Assembly: GCA_965204735.1 (NCBI GenBank)
Contig: OZ242008.1
Location: 128,001 to 192,000, forward strand
From: Longimicrobiales bacterium
GTDB lineage: Bacteria > Gemmatimonadota > Gemmatimonadetes > Longimicrobiales > Gaopeijiaceae
Length of the DNA: 64,000 nucleotides
Direction: 5' to 3'
Positions within the stretch are counted from its first letter, which is position 1. Every line of letters begins with the position of its first letter. A model generated the notes under the pieces. That model did not search any database, was not told where the DNA came from, and was given only the letters and a program-made list of their open reading frames with translations. This document shows positions 46,937-57,483 of this stretch, piece by piece. The position numbers and the translations under genes were made by a program.

Positions 46937-48913
46937 ATGCTGAGGTTTGCCGAGGAGCTGCTTCTCCTCCTCATCGACGAGGACTCCGGCAGCTTGGCGT
47001 TCGTGCCCGAGCGCGACTTGAACCACGCGCTGGCCGGCGCCGCGCTCATGGACCTGGCGCACGAGAACCGGATCGACACGGACCTGAAGCAGCTGACGGT
47101 GGTCGATTCCGCGCCCCTGGGCGACGACGTGCTGGACCCGGTGCTGGCGCGCCTGGCCAAGAGCACAAAGCAGCGCGCGCCCGAGTACTGGGTGCGCCAC
47201 TTCGCGCAGGACGGCGAGCGCATCCGGGCGTCGTCGCTCCAGCGCTTGGTCGAGGCCGGCATCATTCGGTCCGCCGACGAGGGCGCGATCGAAACGACGA
47301 CCAAGGTGGCCCGGGCCAAGCGCTACCCGGCAGTGGACGGCAAGGCGGAGCAAGAGGTGCGCCTCCGCATCATGGGCGTGCTCTTCAGCGACGACGTGCC
47401 CGGGCCGCGCGACGTGGTGATCATCTGCTTGGCCGACGCCTGCGGCGTCTTCAAGGGCATGCTCGCCAAGGCGGAGTTCGAAGAGGCGCGGGAGCGGATC
47501 GATACGGTGCGTCGCCTCGACCTGATCGGCCAAGCAGTGACCCGGGCCGTGCGCGAGTCCGAGGCGGAGGAGAAGGAGACCCGCCCGCGGCTGAAGAAGC
47601 CGCCGATGGCCAAGGGGCTGCCGTTCGTCGGCAACGTCCGCGAGGCGTCGATCGACTTGGGGCGCTTCCTGGCCGAACAGTACGTGGAGCTGGGTCCCGT
47701 GTTCGAGGTTCGCATTCTGCGCAGGACGCTTCTGGTGCTGGCGGGCGAGGAGGCGAACCGCTTCGTGAACCGCCAGGGGAGGCGCTGCTTCAGCTCGAGA
47801 GAACCGTTCCAGGGGCTTGCCGAAGGTCTAAACATGCACAGGATCGTGCTGAACATGGAGGGGCAGGAGCACTTCGCGATACGCAAGGCGTTCGCCCCCG
47901 CGCTGGGTCGCCCCCGCTTCAACCAGTGCTTCGACCTGGCCAACGAAGTCGTGCACCGGCAAGTTGCCGCCCTGCCCGTGGGCCGGCCCCTGCATCCCTT
48001 GCCGTTCCTGCAGCAGGTCGTCGCCGAGCAGATGGGAAGGATTCTGACGAACCGGTCGGCCTCCGAACAGGTCGAGGACATGGCGACGATGCTCGACATC
48101 TTGCTGAAGACCAAGGTGACCAAGCAGCTGCCATGGCTGCTGTTCGCGAGCAGGTTCAAGAAGGCGAAGGCGGGCGTGGAGACCGTTGCGCACGAGATCC
48201 TCGAGGCCCATGGGCCGGGCGGGCCGTTCCACGACTCCGGCGATTTCATCAGCGACCTGATCGACCTCAACCGCCGTGACCCGCAGCTCATACCCGAGAC
48301 CGACATGAGCGGCTGGGCGATCGCTCCCTTCCTCGCGGGAATGGAGACCGTGGCCAACACGTGCGCCTTCAACCTCTACGCCGCGCTGAAGTACCCGGAG
48401 CTGAAGGATAAAGTCGTCGCGGAAGCGGACGCTTTCTTCTCCGGCGCGCCGTCGGCCAAGGGGTTGGCGGAGATGGACGTCACGCGTCGCCTGATCATGG
48501 AGTCGATGCGCATGTGGCCGGCGGCCCCCGTGCTCTTCCGGGTCGCGGCCAACTCCTTCGACTTCGCGGGCTACCACGTGTCCGCAGGCACGCCCATGTT
48601 CCTTCCGCAAGCGGCGACCCATCACCTGCCCGAGCACTTCCCCGAACCGGAGCGCTTCGATGTCGACCGGTACCTGCCGGAGCGCGCAGAGCACCGGCAG
48701 TCTCATGCATACGTTCCCTACGGCGTGGGCGTGCATCGCTGCCTGGGCGCAGGCTTCGCCGATCTCCAGACGCTGCTCATCCTGGCCGTTTTGATGAACG
48801 GCGCGGAGATGGAACTCCACCCGCGCGACTACGACCTCAAGGTCACCAACGTCCCGACGCCCAGACCCGCGAAGAACTTCAAGATCAAGGTGACGAGGCT
48901 GCGGACGGGGTGA
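46937..48913 (+). CDS. GPP34 (GOLPH3-like) domain - cytochrome P450 fusion
   Basis: N-terminal FAEELLLLLIDEDSG...LAGAALMDLAHENRI (GPP34). P450 I-helix AGMET, ExxR (ESMR), PERF and heme motif YGVGVHRCLG. Confidence 0.88.
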   Translation: MLRFAEELLLLLIDEDSGSLAFVPERDLNHALAGAALMDLAHENRIDTDLKQLTVVDSAPLGDDVLDPVLARLAKSTKQRAPEYWVRHFAQDGERIRASSLQRLVEAGIIRSADEGAIETTTKVARAKRYPAVDGKAEQEVRLRIMGVLFSDDVPGPRDVVIICLADACGVFKGMLAKAEFEEARERIDTVRRLDLIGQAVTRAVRESEAEEKETRPRLKKPPMAKGLPFVGNVREASIDLGRFLAEQYVELGPVFEVRILRRTLLVLAGEEANRFVNRQGRRCFSSREPFQGLAEGLNMHRIVLNMEGQEHFAIRKAFAPALGRPRFNQCFDLANEVVHRQVAALPVGRPLHPLPFLQQVVAEQMGRILTNRSASEQVEDMATMLDILLKTKVTKQLPWLLFASRFKKAKAGVETVAHEILEAHGPGGPFHDSGDFISDLIDLNRRDPQLIPETDMSGWAIAPFLAGMETVANTCAFNLYAALKYPELKDKVVAEADAFFSGAPSAKGLAEMDVTRRLIMESMRMWPAAPVLFRVAANSFDFAGYHVSAGTPMFLPQAATHHLPEHFPEPERFDVDRYLPERAEHRQSHAYVPYGVGVHRCLGAGFADLQTLLILAVLMNGAEMELHPRDYDLKVTNVPTPRPAKNFKIKVTRLRTG

Positions 48914-48922
48914 GGCCTGGAG

Positions 48923-49153
48923 CTACGAGCCGTCGCCCCCGGAGTCCGTGGTCGCTCGCTCTTCGGAAGGGACGGGAGGCCGGTTCCTGTCGGGCGCGAT
49001 GAGCCGCGGGGGCAACCGGAGATAAGTTCGCCCGGAAGTCGCCTCGCGGTCCTGAATGTCTTCGAATATCCGCTTCAGGTCATATCCGAACTTGCGAGCG
49101 TGCTCGTCCCTGATTGCCCGTACGTCTGCCACGATAGGGTCGGTCCAAGTCAT
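48923..49153 (-). CDS. small putative antitoxin partner of a PIN protein
   Basis: WTDPIVADVRAIRDEHARKFGYDL is typical of small proteins after this PIN family. Confidence 0.65.
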   Translation of the reverse strand: MTWTDPIVADVRAIRDEHARKFGYDLKRIFEDIQDREATSGRTYLRLPPRLIAPDRNRPPVPSEERATTDSGGDGS

Positions 49154-49524
49154 GTCGACTCTCCATGGAAATCCAGCCCGTTGGTGACGGCCACCGCAAC
49201 GTGCAATGCATCTCCTGCCGCGTTGGCGGGAAACGCTCCTACCGTTACAAGATGCTGAGCGAGTTCAAGGGCCGAGGGCGTTGTCGCCACTACATCCAAG
49301 TTGCGAATGCTCTCTTTCCGTGCACTGGCTAACTCTTGGTTTCCCGCCCCGGCTTCCCCGATTACGGCCTCCGACACGACCAATCGCCAATGTTTCGCTG
49401 CTGTCGCCCACCAGTCTTGCGTGGCCTGTTGCCTACCCAAGACGACAACATCGCGAGACCGTCGTGCGACCAAATAGCTAACCACGCTGGTCTCAAGATA
49501 GACGGTGGGTCGTACTGTGCACAT
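49150..49524 (-). pseudogene. PIN-domain protein, C-terminally deleted
   Basis: VYLETSVVSYL...DALHVAVAVTNGLD then ends abruptly; the usual LLTWN...TPEEL segment is missing. Confidence 0.6.
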
Positions 49525-49585
49525 TCTTTCCTGCTTCTGGCCACCTGATGATGTCTCGACGTCGACAAATAATCTCATCGCTTCA

Positions 49586-50256
49586 CTACTCCTGCAAACG
49601 CAAGCTAGGCAGACTGTCGCAGATATCGACGGTCCGCAAGCTAACTGTCGTAATTCGTTTCACGAGGTCGATAATGTACCGGTCATCACCAGTTTCAGCG
49701 GCCCAATCGTTTGGGTCGTTGACAATGCCACTGGTCCCCATCGCATGATCGGGCGGTCGCTACGTTTCTCGAGGGCCTGTTCGGCATGGACACTCCATTT
49801 GCTCGTAGTGGACACGAAGATTCCTCCGCTGAATTCGGTCGTGGATGACGTTGCGATGAACCTGTCCACTTCGACACGGCGTATCGCAGCTCCGCGGGCA
49901 TAGAACTTGCACTGAATGGCGATCAGCCCACCACCATCACGCTCGCGGGCCACGAGGTCGATCCCTGTGTCGATCCGTCCGGCCCTCTGCGGATAGTCCT
50001 TCCACAGCCATACCTTATCGAATCGCTGCCGCTGCGCCTTGTCCACCTCGATGAACGCCTTCACTAGCTGCTCGAACACCGTCCCCTTAGCATACTGGTT
50101 CGTTGGGGACTGCCCCAGGGTCTTCTGTTCAAGAACTTCGAGCACCTGCTGGAACGACGACGGCGGAGCGTGCCGTACTCGGGGAAGAAGCCTTCGAGTC
50201 GCTCCTGGGGGTCGTTCAGGTCCATCCGTCGTCCCGTTCTCGGGTTGGCTTGCCAA
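49586..50256 (-). pseudogene. Type ISP restriction-modification enzyme with large internal deletion
   Basis: Mrr-like nuclease KGTVFEQL...DTGIDLVA...IQCKFY is joined near 49735 to the C-terminus SGIVNDPNDWA...YIIDLVKRITTVSLRTVDICDSLPSL*. Helicase and MTase domains are missing. Confidence 0.8.
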
Positions 50257-50579
50257 TCACGGTGGCACTATTGATTGATAGGACGAGGTCGCCGCGGGCG
50301 CAAGTTGGTGTTGGGCAACTTGATCCCCGGGCCGGGCTTCGGCCCGCATCCCCGCCGCCCTCAAGAGACGGAGCGAGCAGGTGTGCCGAGGCGGGTCGCC
50401 GACGGTCGTCCGCCCCCGGGATCGCACCGAGTGGGATCGCGGGGGCGTCAGGAATGCGGACGCACCCCCGGGCAACTCCTGGAACCACCAACTACTTGGC
50501 CGCCGGCCCACGGTGTGCCACCTTGACCTTGACGCCGAGTCACCAACGAAGTCGCCCGTCCACCAGACGAAGATCCCGC

Positions 50580-53143
50580 ATGAAGACCAACTTCGATCCT
50601 TGCGCCGCTGCAGCTCCCGCGCCCGGAACGCGGGCGGGGGTGGGCTGGTCGCTCGCCGCTCGCGTCGGTGCCCTGTCGTTCAAGACCCGGACGCTGGCCG
50701 GAGCGGTCGTCCTCTTGGCAGTCGGCGTCGCGGAGGCGACTGCCCGGGAGGGCCGCCCCGCCCAGGAGCAGCAGGTCGTCGCGGTTCCGGGCCTGCAAGT
50801 GCCCGTGGAGATCGTTCGCGACCGCTGGGGCATCAACCACATCTACGCCCAGACCGAATACGATCTCTTCTTCGCCCAGGGCTACGCCGCCGCCCGGGAC
50901 CGCCTCTTCCAGTTCGAGGTGTGGCGGGCCCAGGCCACCGGCACGGCCGCCGAGATGCTGGGCCCCTCGGAGATCGAACGCGACGTCGGCTTCCGCCTCT
51001 TCAAGTACCGGGGCGACATGACGCAGGAGATGAACCACTACCACGACCGGGGATCGGAGATCATACCGGCCTACGTGGATGGCGTGAACGCGTGGATCGC
51101 CCGGACCGAAGCCGACCCGTCGCTGCTCCCCGTCGAGTTCGAGCTCCTCGGCATCCGTCCCAAGCGGTGGACCCCGGAAGTGGTGATCTCCCGCCACCAG
51201 GGACTGTTGGGGAACATCGGCGCCGAGCTGAACTACGGTCGGGCGGTCGCCGCCGCGGGCAGCCAAGCCGTCAAGCGAGTGGCCAACTTCCACCCCGGCG
51301 ACCCGGAGATCGATCTGGATCCGGCGATCGACGGCAGCCTGCTGGAGGCGGACATCCTTCGACTGTACAACGCGTTCCGGCGTCCGATCCGCTTCCGACC
51401 CGACCACTTGGCGCCGGAGCATCGCGGGAGCGGCCCGGCCCGGTCGCTTCTGGACGGCGCCGCCGACTCGGACGCCCTGGCGTGGTCGGAGCCGGAGTAC
51501 GAGAGCAGGGGCTCCAACAACTGGGTGGTCGCCGGACGGCTCGCGGAGAGCGGCTTCCCCATGATGGCCAACGACCCGCACCGCGCCCAGTCGGCCCCCT
51601 CGCTCAGGTACTGGGTGCACTTGGTGGGGCCGGGCTGGGACGTGATCGGCGGCGGCGAGCCGGAGATCCCTGGGGTCAGCATCGGCCACAACGGCCACGG
51701 AGCGTGGGGACTCACGGTGTTCAGGACGGACGGCGAGGACCTCTACGTCTACCGCACCGATCCCGCCGACCCCAACCGCTACCGCTACCGGGACGCATGG
51801 GAAGAGATGACGGTGATCGTCGAGGATATTCCCGTGAAGGGCCAGGGGCCGCACCGCGCCGAGCTCAAGTACACGCGCCACGGCCCGGTGGTCTACGAGG
51901 ACCCTCGAAACCAAGTCGCCTACGCGGTTCGGGCGGCGTGGCTGGAGCCCGGCGGCGCTCCCTACTTGGCCAGCCTTCGCATGGACCAAGCCAAGACGTG
52001 GGAAGAGTTCGTCGAGGCGTGCAGCTGGTCCAACATCCCCGGCGAGAACATGGTCTGGGCCGACCGGGACGGAAACATCGGCTGGCAGGCCGTGGGGATC
52101 GCGCCCGTGCGACGGAACTGGTCCGGCCTGGTGCCGGTTCCCGGCGACGGACGCTACGAGTGGGACGGCTACCTGCCGATCCCCGCCAAGCCCAGCGTGC
52201 TGAACCCCTCCGAGGGCTTCTTCGTCACCGCGAACAACCACCTGACGCCGCCCGACTACCCCCATCGAGACGCCATCGGATGGGAGTGGTCGGACCCCTA
52301 CCGGTGGGCCCGGGCGTCGGAGGCGCTGGGTTCGGGGCGCCGCCACTCGGTGGGCGACATGGCGGCGCTGCAGACCGACTACCTGTCGTTGCCGGCGCGC
52401 GCCTTGACGCCCATGCTCCGCCACGTGTCGTCGGTGCTGCCCGCCGTCGAGGAGGCCCGCCGCCGCCTGTTGGAGTGGGACTTCGTCCTCTCGCCCGAGT
52501 CGGTTGCGGCGGGCGTCTACGCGGCGTTCGAGCGGCGGGTGCGGCGCAACGTGTACGAAGCAGTCGCGCCGCCGGGTCGCGTGCGCCGCTTCCTTCGGGG
52601 AATGGCCATGACCAAGGTCCTGGCCCACCTGGAAGCGCCGGGAGGCGAGTTCGGCCCGGACCCCGTCGCCGGTCGGGACGTACTCCTCCTCCGCAGCCTC
52701 GAAGAAGCCGTCGAGGAGCTGCAGGCGAAGCTGGGACCGCACATGGACGAGCGGGAGTCCGATGGCGAAGGTTGGCGCTACGGCCAAGCCGCATACAAGC
52801 ACGCGGTTGTCCGCCACCCCCTCTCCGACGTCGTGCCGGACGAGCTGGCGGGCCGCCTCTCCGTGGGCCCGGCGCCGCGAGGCGGGAACAGCTACACGCT
52901 CAACAACACTGGAAGCGGCGACAACCAGACTTCGGGCGCGTCGTTCCGCATCGTAGTGGACACCGGCGACTGGGACCGGACGCTGGGCGCCAACACCCCC
53001 GGCCAATCCGGCGACCCCGACTCGCCGTTCTACCGCAACCTCTTCGACCTTGGGCCGCCGACCGCTACTTCCCGGTCTTCTACTCCCGGGAGCGGGTGGA
53101 GTCGGTTGCGGCGGAGCGATGGACGCTGACGCCGAGCAGTTGA
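50580..53143 (+). CDS. penicillin acylase family (Ntn) amidase; 1-nt frameshift near 53050
   Basis: IVRDRWGINHIYA, GSNNWVV, ANDPH, PGQSGDP. The conserved tail WAADRYFP lies in another frame. Confidence 0.9.
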
Positions 53144-53808
53144 ATCGGCCGGCGCCCTTGGGTTCGCTGGAGAACCCTCGGTTCTTCGCAGTGCCCAAGG
53201 AGATGCGCGAATGGCTGGAAGCCAGCCACCACGCCGCGGACGACCAGTGGGTGGGCTACTGGAAGAAAGACTCGGGGCTGCCCAGCGTGACGTGGCCCGA
53301 GTCGGTGGACGTGGCCCTCTGCTTCGGCTGGATCGACGGGCTCCGGAAGTCCATCGACGAGAAGAGCTACAAGATCCGCTTCACGCCACGTCGGCCGGGG
53401 AGCCACTGGAGCGCCCGCAACATTGCCCGCATGAAGGAACTGAAGCGGGCGGGCTTGGTGGCCGAGGCCGGGCTGGCCGCTTACCGCGCCCGCAACGCCG
53501 CGAACCAGAAGAAGGCGTCCTACGAGCAGCCGGCCGTCGCGCTTCCCACCGAGTACGAGCGCCGCATCAGGGCCGAGCCCCGGGCGTGGCGCTGGTTTCG
53601 GAAGGCCCGGCCGTCGTACCGCAAGCAGGTCGCGTGGTGGGTCGTCAGCGCGAAGCGTGAAGACACCCGGCTGCGCCGACTGGAAACCCTGATCGAGTCG
53701 TGCGCCAAGGGCGAAGTCGTCCCCGCCATGCGCTGGAGCGCCAAGCGAGCCTCGGCTGGAACCGGCGGACCTGGCCCGGAGGTAGCGAGCCGCGCCCCGA
53801 ACCGGTGA
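53119..53808 (+). CDS. YdeI/OmpD-associated family protein
   Basis: ALCFGWIDG...RFTPRRPGSHWS..N...SAKREDTRLRRL. Confidence 0.9.
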   Translation: MDADAEQLNRPAPLGSLENPRFFAVPKEMREWLEASHHAADDQWVGYWKKDSGLPSVTWPESVDVALCFGWIDGLRKSIDEKSYKIRFTPRRPGSHWSARNIARMKELKRAGLVAEAGLAAYRARNAANQKKASYEQPAVALPTEYERRIRAEPRAWRWFRKARPSYRKQVAWWVVSAKREDTRLRRLETLIESCAKGEVVPAMRWSAKRASAGTGGPGPEVASRAPNR

Positions 53809-53832
53809 GCCTCGGCCGGCGTCCGGCGAGCT

Positions 53833-54669
53833 TCAGCTGGAGCCAGCGTTCCCCCCGCCGCCACTCTCGCCTTCCGGGTCCGGTCCGGCGTCGTCCGTGG
53901 CGTGCGCGGCGGCGTCGGAGCACTCTCCCGAGTACGCCTCAGGGGTCTCCTCCCGCACGGTCTCCAGCTGGAGTCGGCGCGGGCGGGATCGCTCGTCGAG
54001 CTTCGCGCCCAGGGCGCTGACCTCGGCCTTCAGCGCCGCAAGTCCCGCCGAGAGTTCCCTGTGGTCCTCGCGAGCGTGCTTCTCCAACCGGTCGATTCGG
54101 CCCCCCAGCCGCTCCTCCAGCCTGTCGATGTGCTCCCGAAGCGCTTTGGTTTCGGCGCGGGTGTTCCCGGCCCCCTTGTCGATGTGCTCCCGAAGGGCTT
54201 GGGTGTCGGCGCGGGCGTCCCCAGCCAGTTTCTCGACGTGTTCCCGAAGGGCTTGGGTGTCGGCGCGGGCGTCCCCAGCCAGTTTCTCGACGTGTTCCCG
54301 AAGCGCCTGGATTTCGGCGCGGGCGTCCCCAGCCAATTCCTCGACGTGCTCCCGAAGTGCCTGGATTTCGGCGCGGGCGTCCCCAGCCAATTTCTCGACG
54401 TGTTCCCGAAGGGCTTGGGTGTCGGCGCGGGCATCCCCAGCCAATTCCTCGACGTGCTCCCGAAGCGCCTGGATTTCGGCGCGGGTGTTCCTGATTCCCT
54501 CGTCGATGTGCTCCCGAAGCGCTTTGGTTTCGGCGCGGATCTTCTCCATCTCGGCTCGAAGGCTCCTGGCTTCCCTGCGGGCGCTCGCCCTCAGGGCCAG
54601 AAACAGTCCCAGAGCCGAAATCACCAAGGAGGCGATCTGCCAGAAGTCGCTGCCGGTCGGTAGTTCCAT
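53833..54669 (-). CDS. membrane-anchored coiled-coil repeat protein
   Basis: N-terminal TM helix followed by 18-aa repeats of the type RAEIQALREHVEELAGDA. Confidence 0.75.
   Translation of the reverse strand: MELPTGSDFWQIASLVISALGLFLALRASARREARSLRAEMEKIRAETKALREHIDEGIRNTRAEIQALREHVEELAGDARADTQALREHVEKLAGDARAEIQALREHVEELAGDARAEIQALREHVEKLAGDARADTQALREHVEKLAGDARADTQALREHIDKGAGNTRAETKALREHIDRLEERLGGRIDRLEKHAREDHRELSAGLAALKAEVSALGAKLDERSRPRRLQLETVREETPEAYSGECSDAAAHATDDAGPDPEGESGGGGNAGSS
54124..54537 (-). repeat. 54-nt coding tandem repeat (7 full units plus 1 partial)
   Basis: Near-identical contiguous 54-nt units with no spacers. Confidence 0.9.
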
Positions 54670-54702
54670 CTTCGACGTGTCCTTCTCGGGACGGGCCGGT
54701 TC

Positions 54703-55911
54703 TCAGGACGGCTCCGTGCCGGGCGTAAGCGATTCCGAGGCCGAGGGAGCAAAGATAGGCCGCAACTCCGCCGCGCAAACCCCTGTGGGCGCGAGACCTC
54801 GCGCTTGGGACGGGGGCGGAGCCCACCTCGCCTGCTGCTCCGCCATCCACGCCGCGGGCGCCACGGCCTTCCGCCGCTCCCCAGGCCGCCGGGCGAACCA
54901 CTTCAGCGCCAAGAGCGTCTCCGTCGCCGCGACTGCTCCCATTGCCCCGTCCCGGTCCTCGGGCGCCGGACGAAAGACCCCCGCGACCACGCGGGCGGCC
55001 CGCCGGGCGGCGCGGGCCGTAGTGGGGCGGGCCAGGTCGCCGTGGAGCCTGCCCCGGCGAATCAAGTAGATCCGGTCCTCGCCTCCGAAGCCCTCGACGG
55101 GGTAGACCAAGTTCATCTCCCGAACTTGGCCCTGGAACCCGGAGAGGTGCGCTCGGAGCTTCTCCATGCGCTTCATCCGATCCCTGATCCGCGCCGCGTA
55201 CTCGTAGTCCAGCCGTTCCGCGGCCTCCGCCAAGGCGCCCGACAGCTGCGAGAAGAGCCGCTCGTCGCGCCCCTCGAGAAAGCCCCGCGCAACCGCCAGG
55301 CGCCGCTGGTACTCCGCCCTCGTGCAGAGCCCGGCGCACGGAGCCGGGCACGATCCCGTTGCGCCGCGCAGGCACGCGGGCGGCCGATCGGGCGCGAAGA
55401 TCTCCATCTGGTCGCCGAAGCGCGTGGGAACGTCCCCTGGGCAGTCCCGCAGCCCTGTCGCCCGCGCCAGGTCGTTCACGGCCCCGGCCAGCCACTCCGT
55501 GCGGGGCAGCGGCCCGTAGTAGCGCGCGCCGTCGTTCGCCACCCGCCCGACGACCAGAAGCCTGGGCGCCGGCTCGCGCGTGATCTTCACGAACCCGAAC
55601 CTCCGCTTGCGCTTGTGCTCCACGTTGTACTCGGGGCGCCACGCCCGGATCAGCCGCATCTCGCGAAAGACGGCTGCGAACTCGCTGGGCAGGTACTCCC
55701 ACGCCACGTCGGCCGCCTCCCGGACGAGCCGTCTCGTCTTGCCGTCTGCTGCGCGGAAGTACGACAACAGGCGGGACCTGACCCGGACCGACCTCCCCAC
55801 GTACAGGACACGCCCGTCGCCGGCGAGCCAGCGGTAGACGCCGGGCCGGTCCTCCGCTCGCGTCCGCACGTCGTCCCTAAGGGGACTGCCGGAGATCGGG
55901 GTCCTGGACAT
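54703..55911 (-). CDS. UvrC/Cho-like GIY-YIG nuclease with UVR domain
   Basis: PGVYRW...LYVGRS..VRSRLLSYF, Cys cluster, AAERLDYEYAARIRD. Confidence 0.85.
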   Translation of the reverse strand: MSRTPISGSPLRDDVRTRAEDRPGVYRWLAGDGRVLYVGRSVRVRSRLLSYFRAADGKTRRLVREAADVAWEYLPSEFAAVFREMRLIRAWRPEYNVEHKRKRRFGFVKITREPAPRLLVVGRVANDGARYYGPLPRTEWLAGAVNDLARATGLRDCPGDVPTRFGDQMEIFAPDRPPACLRGATGSCPAPCAGLCTRAEYQRRLAVARGFLEGRDERLFSQLSGALAEAAERLDYEYAARIRDRMKRMEKLRAHLSGFQGQVREMNLVYPVEGFGGEDRIYLIRRGRLHGDLARPTTARAARRAARVVAGVFRPAPEDRDGAMGAVAATETLLALKWFARRPGERRKAVAPAAWMAEQQARWAPPPSQARGLAPTGVCAAELRPIFAPSASESLTPGTEPS

Positions 55912-56061
55912 AGAGCACTCATCTTCGTATTTTGTTCGGGAAAAGGCAATGGGCCAACCGGGCGAGCCGACCAGGCGAAGGTGCGGTCGACCGCCATGCT
56001 CGCCGGCCACTGCTCGTCGCCGGCTTGCCGCCGGGGCCGCGAAGCGGTACTGTCGCGCTCC

Positions 56062-57483
56062 ATGCCTGGACATGGACGGTCCCTCGTCATCCGCGATCCC
56101 CTCTGGAACGCGATACGGCTGGATCCGGCAGCCGTCGCCATCATCGACACGGCGGCGTTTCAGCGGCTCCGCTACATCCGCCAGCTGGGGCTGGCTCACC
56201 TGGTCTACCCAGGCGCCACCCACACGCGCTTCGACCACGCCCTGGGCGTCTACCACCTGGCGACGAGGGCGCTTCGCATCCTGAAGGAGAAGCAGCCGGG
56301 CCCTCCGGAGGCTTGGCGGGGCGAACGGCTGATCCCCTATGCGGCCCTCCTCCACGACATCGGCCACTACGCCTTCTCCCACGCGCTGGAGGAGCTCGAG
56401 CCCGACCGCATCCCGGGCGACCACGAAGAAGTCGGCCTCCAGTTCTTCCAGTCCCACGACCTGAGGTCCGCCCTCGAACCCCTGGGCAAGGAAGCGGGCG
56501 AAGCGGTGCACCGGCTGATCCGGGGCGGCGACGACGCGCCCTTGCGGGGCTTGGTCAGCGGCAGCCTCGACTTGGACAAGATGGAGTACCTGCGTCGCGA
56601 CGCCCGGTTTTGCGGGGTCCCCTACGGCGCCGTGGACGTGGACCGTCTCCTGCAGGGACTGGCGCTCCTTCGAGACCCGGAGACGGGCAAGTGGGAAGTG
56701 GGACTGCAGGCGAAGGCGCTGAGCGCCCTGGAGTCGCTGCTCTTCTCCAAGTACCAGATGTTCCGCACCGTCTACTGGCACCACGGGGTGCGGGCCGCCA
56801 CGGGGCTCTACAAGCGGATCGTGGAAACGGCGGTGGAAGCCGGCCTCCTGTCCCCCGAAGAGCTGGTCGGTCCCACGGACGAAGCCCTTCTCCACGAACT
56901 CGAACGAAGGGCGTGGGACTCTTCCGACCAAAGGGCGGAGCAGATCGCCGAACGCTGGCTTCCGGCCCTGCGGAACCGACGGCTGCCCAAACGAGCGGCG
57001 GAGGCGACGGCGTGGCAGATGGAGGGGCGCGCGTTGCCGGAGTGGGCCAGCGGCGACTCGCCGGAGAAGCGCCGGTGGGAGAACGAGGTCGCCCGCGAGC
57101 TGGGACTGGCCCCGGGCGAAGCGATCCTCGACTTCCCCGTCAAGAAGGCCATGTTCCAGCTGGACGTGCTGGTGGACTGCTCCGGGAAAGTGGTGCGGAT
57201 GGGAAGGAAGGGAATCCCCGGTCTGATCGACCTGCCGAGGCTGGCCCGAGAGCTCTACCGAACCGCCCGGGTGCTCCGTCTCTTCACCTTCGAGCGGCGG
57301 AAGGTTTCCCCGGAATGGGTGCTCGATCGACTGACCGATGGAACCAATTCGGTCGCTGGTGCCGTCTACACTATGGAGGAGGCTGGTCGCCCGAACGGGC
57401 TGCGGCGCCGGGGACCGCAGGGCGGACCGGACCAGCGAAACGATCAACCCTTGACGCCGAGACCAATACACCCCATTGATTAG
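56062..57483 (+). CDS. HD-domain phosphohydrolase (SAMHD1/dNTPase-like)
   Basis: FQRLRYIRQLG, HTRFDHALG, LLHDIGH..FSH, DLDKMEYL.RD, VYWHH. Confidence 0.9.
   Translation: MPGHGRSLVIRDPLWNAIRLDPAAVAIIDTAAFQRLRYIRQLGLAHLVYPGATHTRFDHALGVYHLATRALRILKEKQPGPPEAWRGERLIPYAALLHDIGHYAFSHALEELEPDRIPGDHEEVGLQFFQSHDLRSALEPLGKEAGEAVHRLIRGGDDAPLRGLVSGSLDLDKMEYLRRDARFCGVPYGAVDVDRLLQGLALLRDPETGKWEVGLQAKALSALESLLFSKYQMFRTVYWHHGVRAATGLYKRIVETAVEAGLLSPEELVGPTDEALLHELERRAWDSSDQRAEQIAERWLPALRNRRLPKRAAEATAWQMEGRALPEWASGDSPEKRRWENEVARELGLAPGEAILDFPVKKAMFQLDVLVDCSGKVVRMGRKGIPGLIDLPRLARELYRTARVLRLFTFERRKVSPEWVLDRLTDGTNSVAGAVYTMEEAGRPNGLRRRGPQGGPDQRNDQPLTPRPIHPID

Noticed and set aside
54124..54537. possible CRISPR array
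   Set aside because: Units are contiguous 54-nt in-frame coding repeats with no unique spacers, and there are no cas genes.
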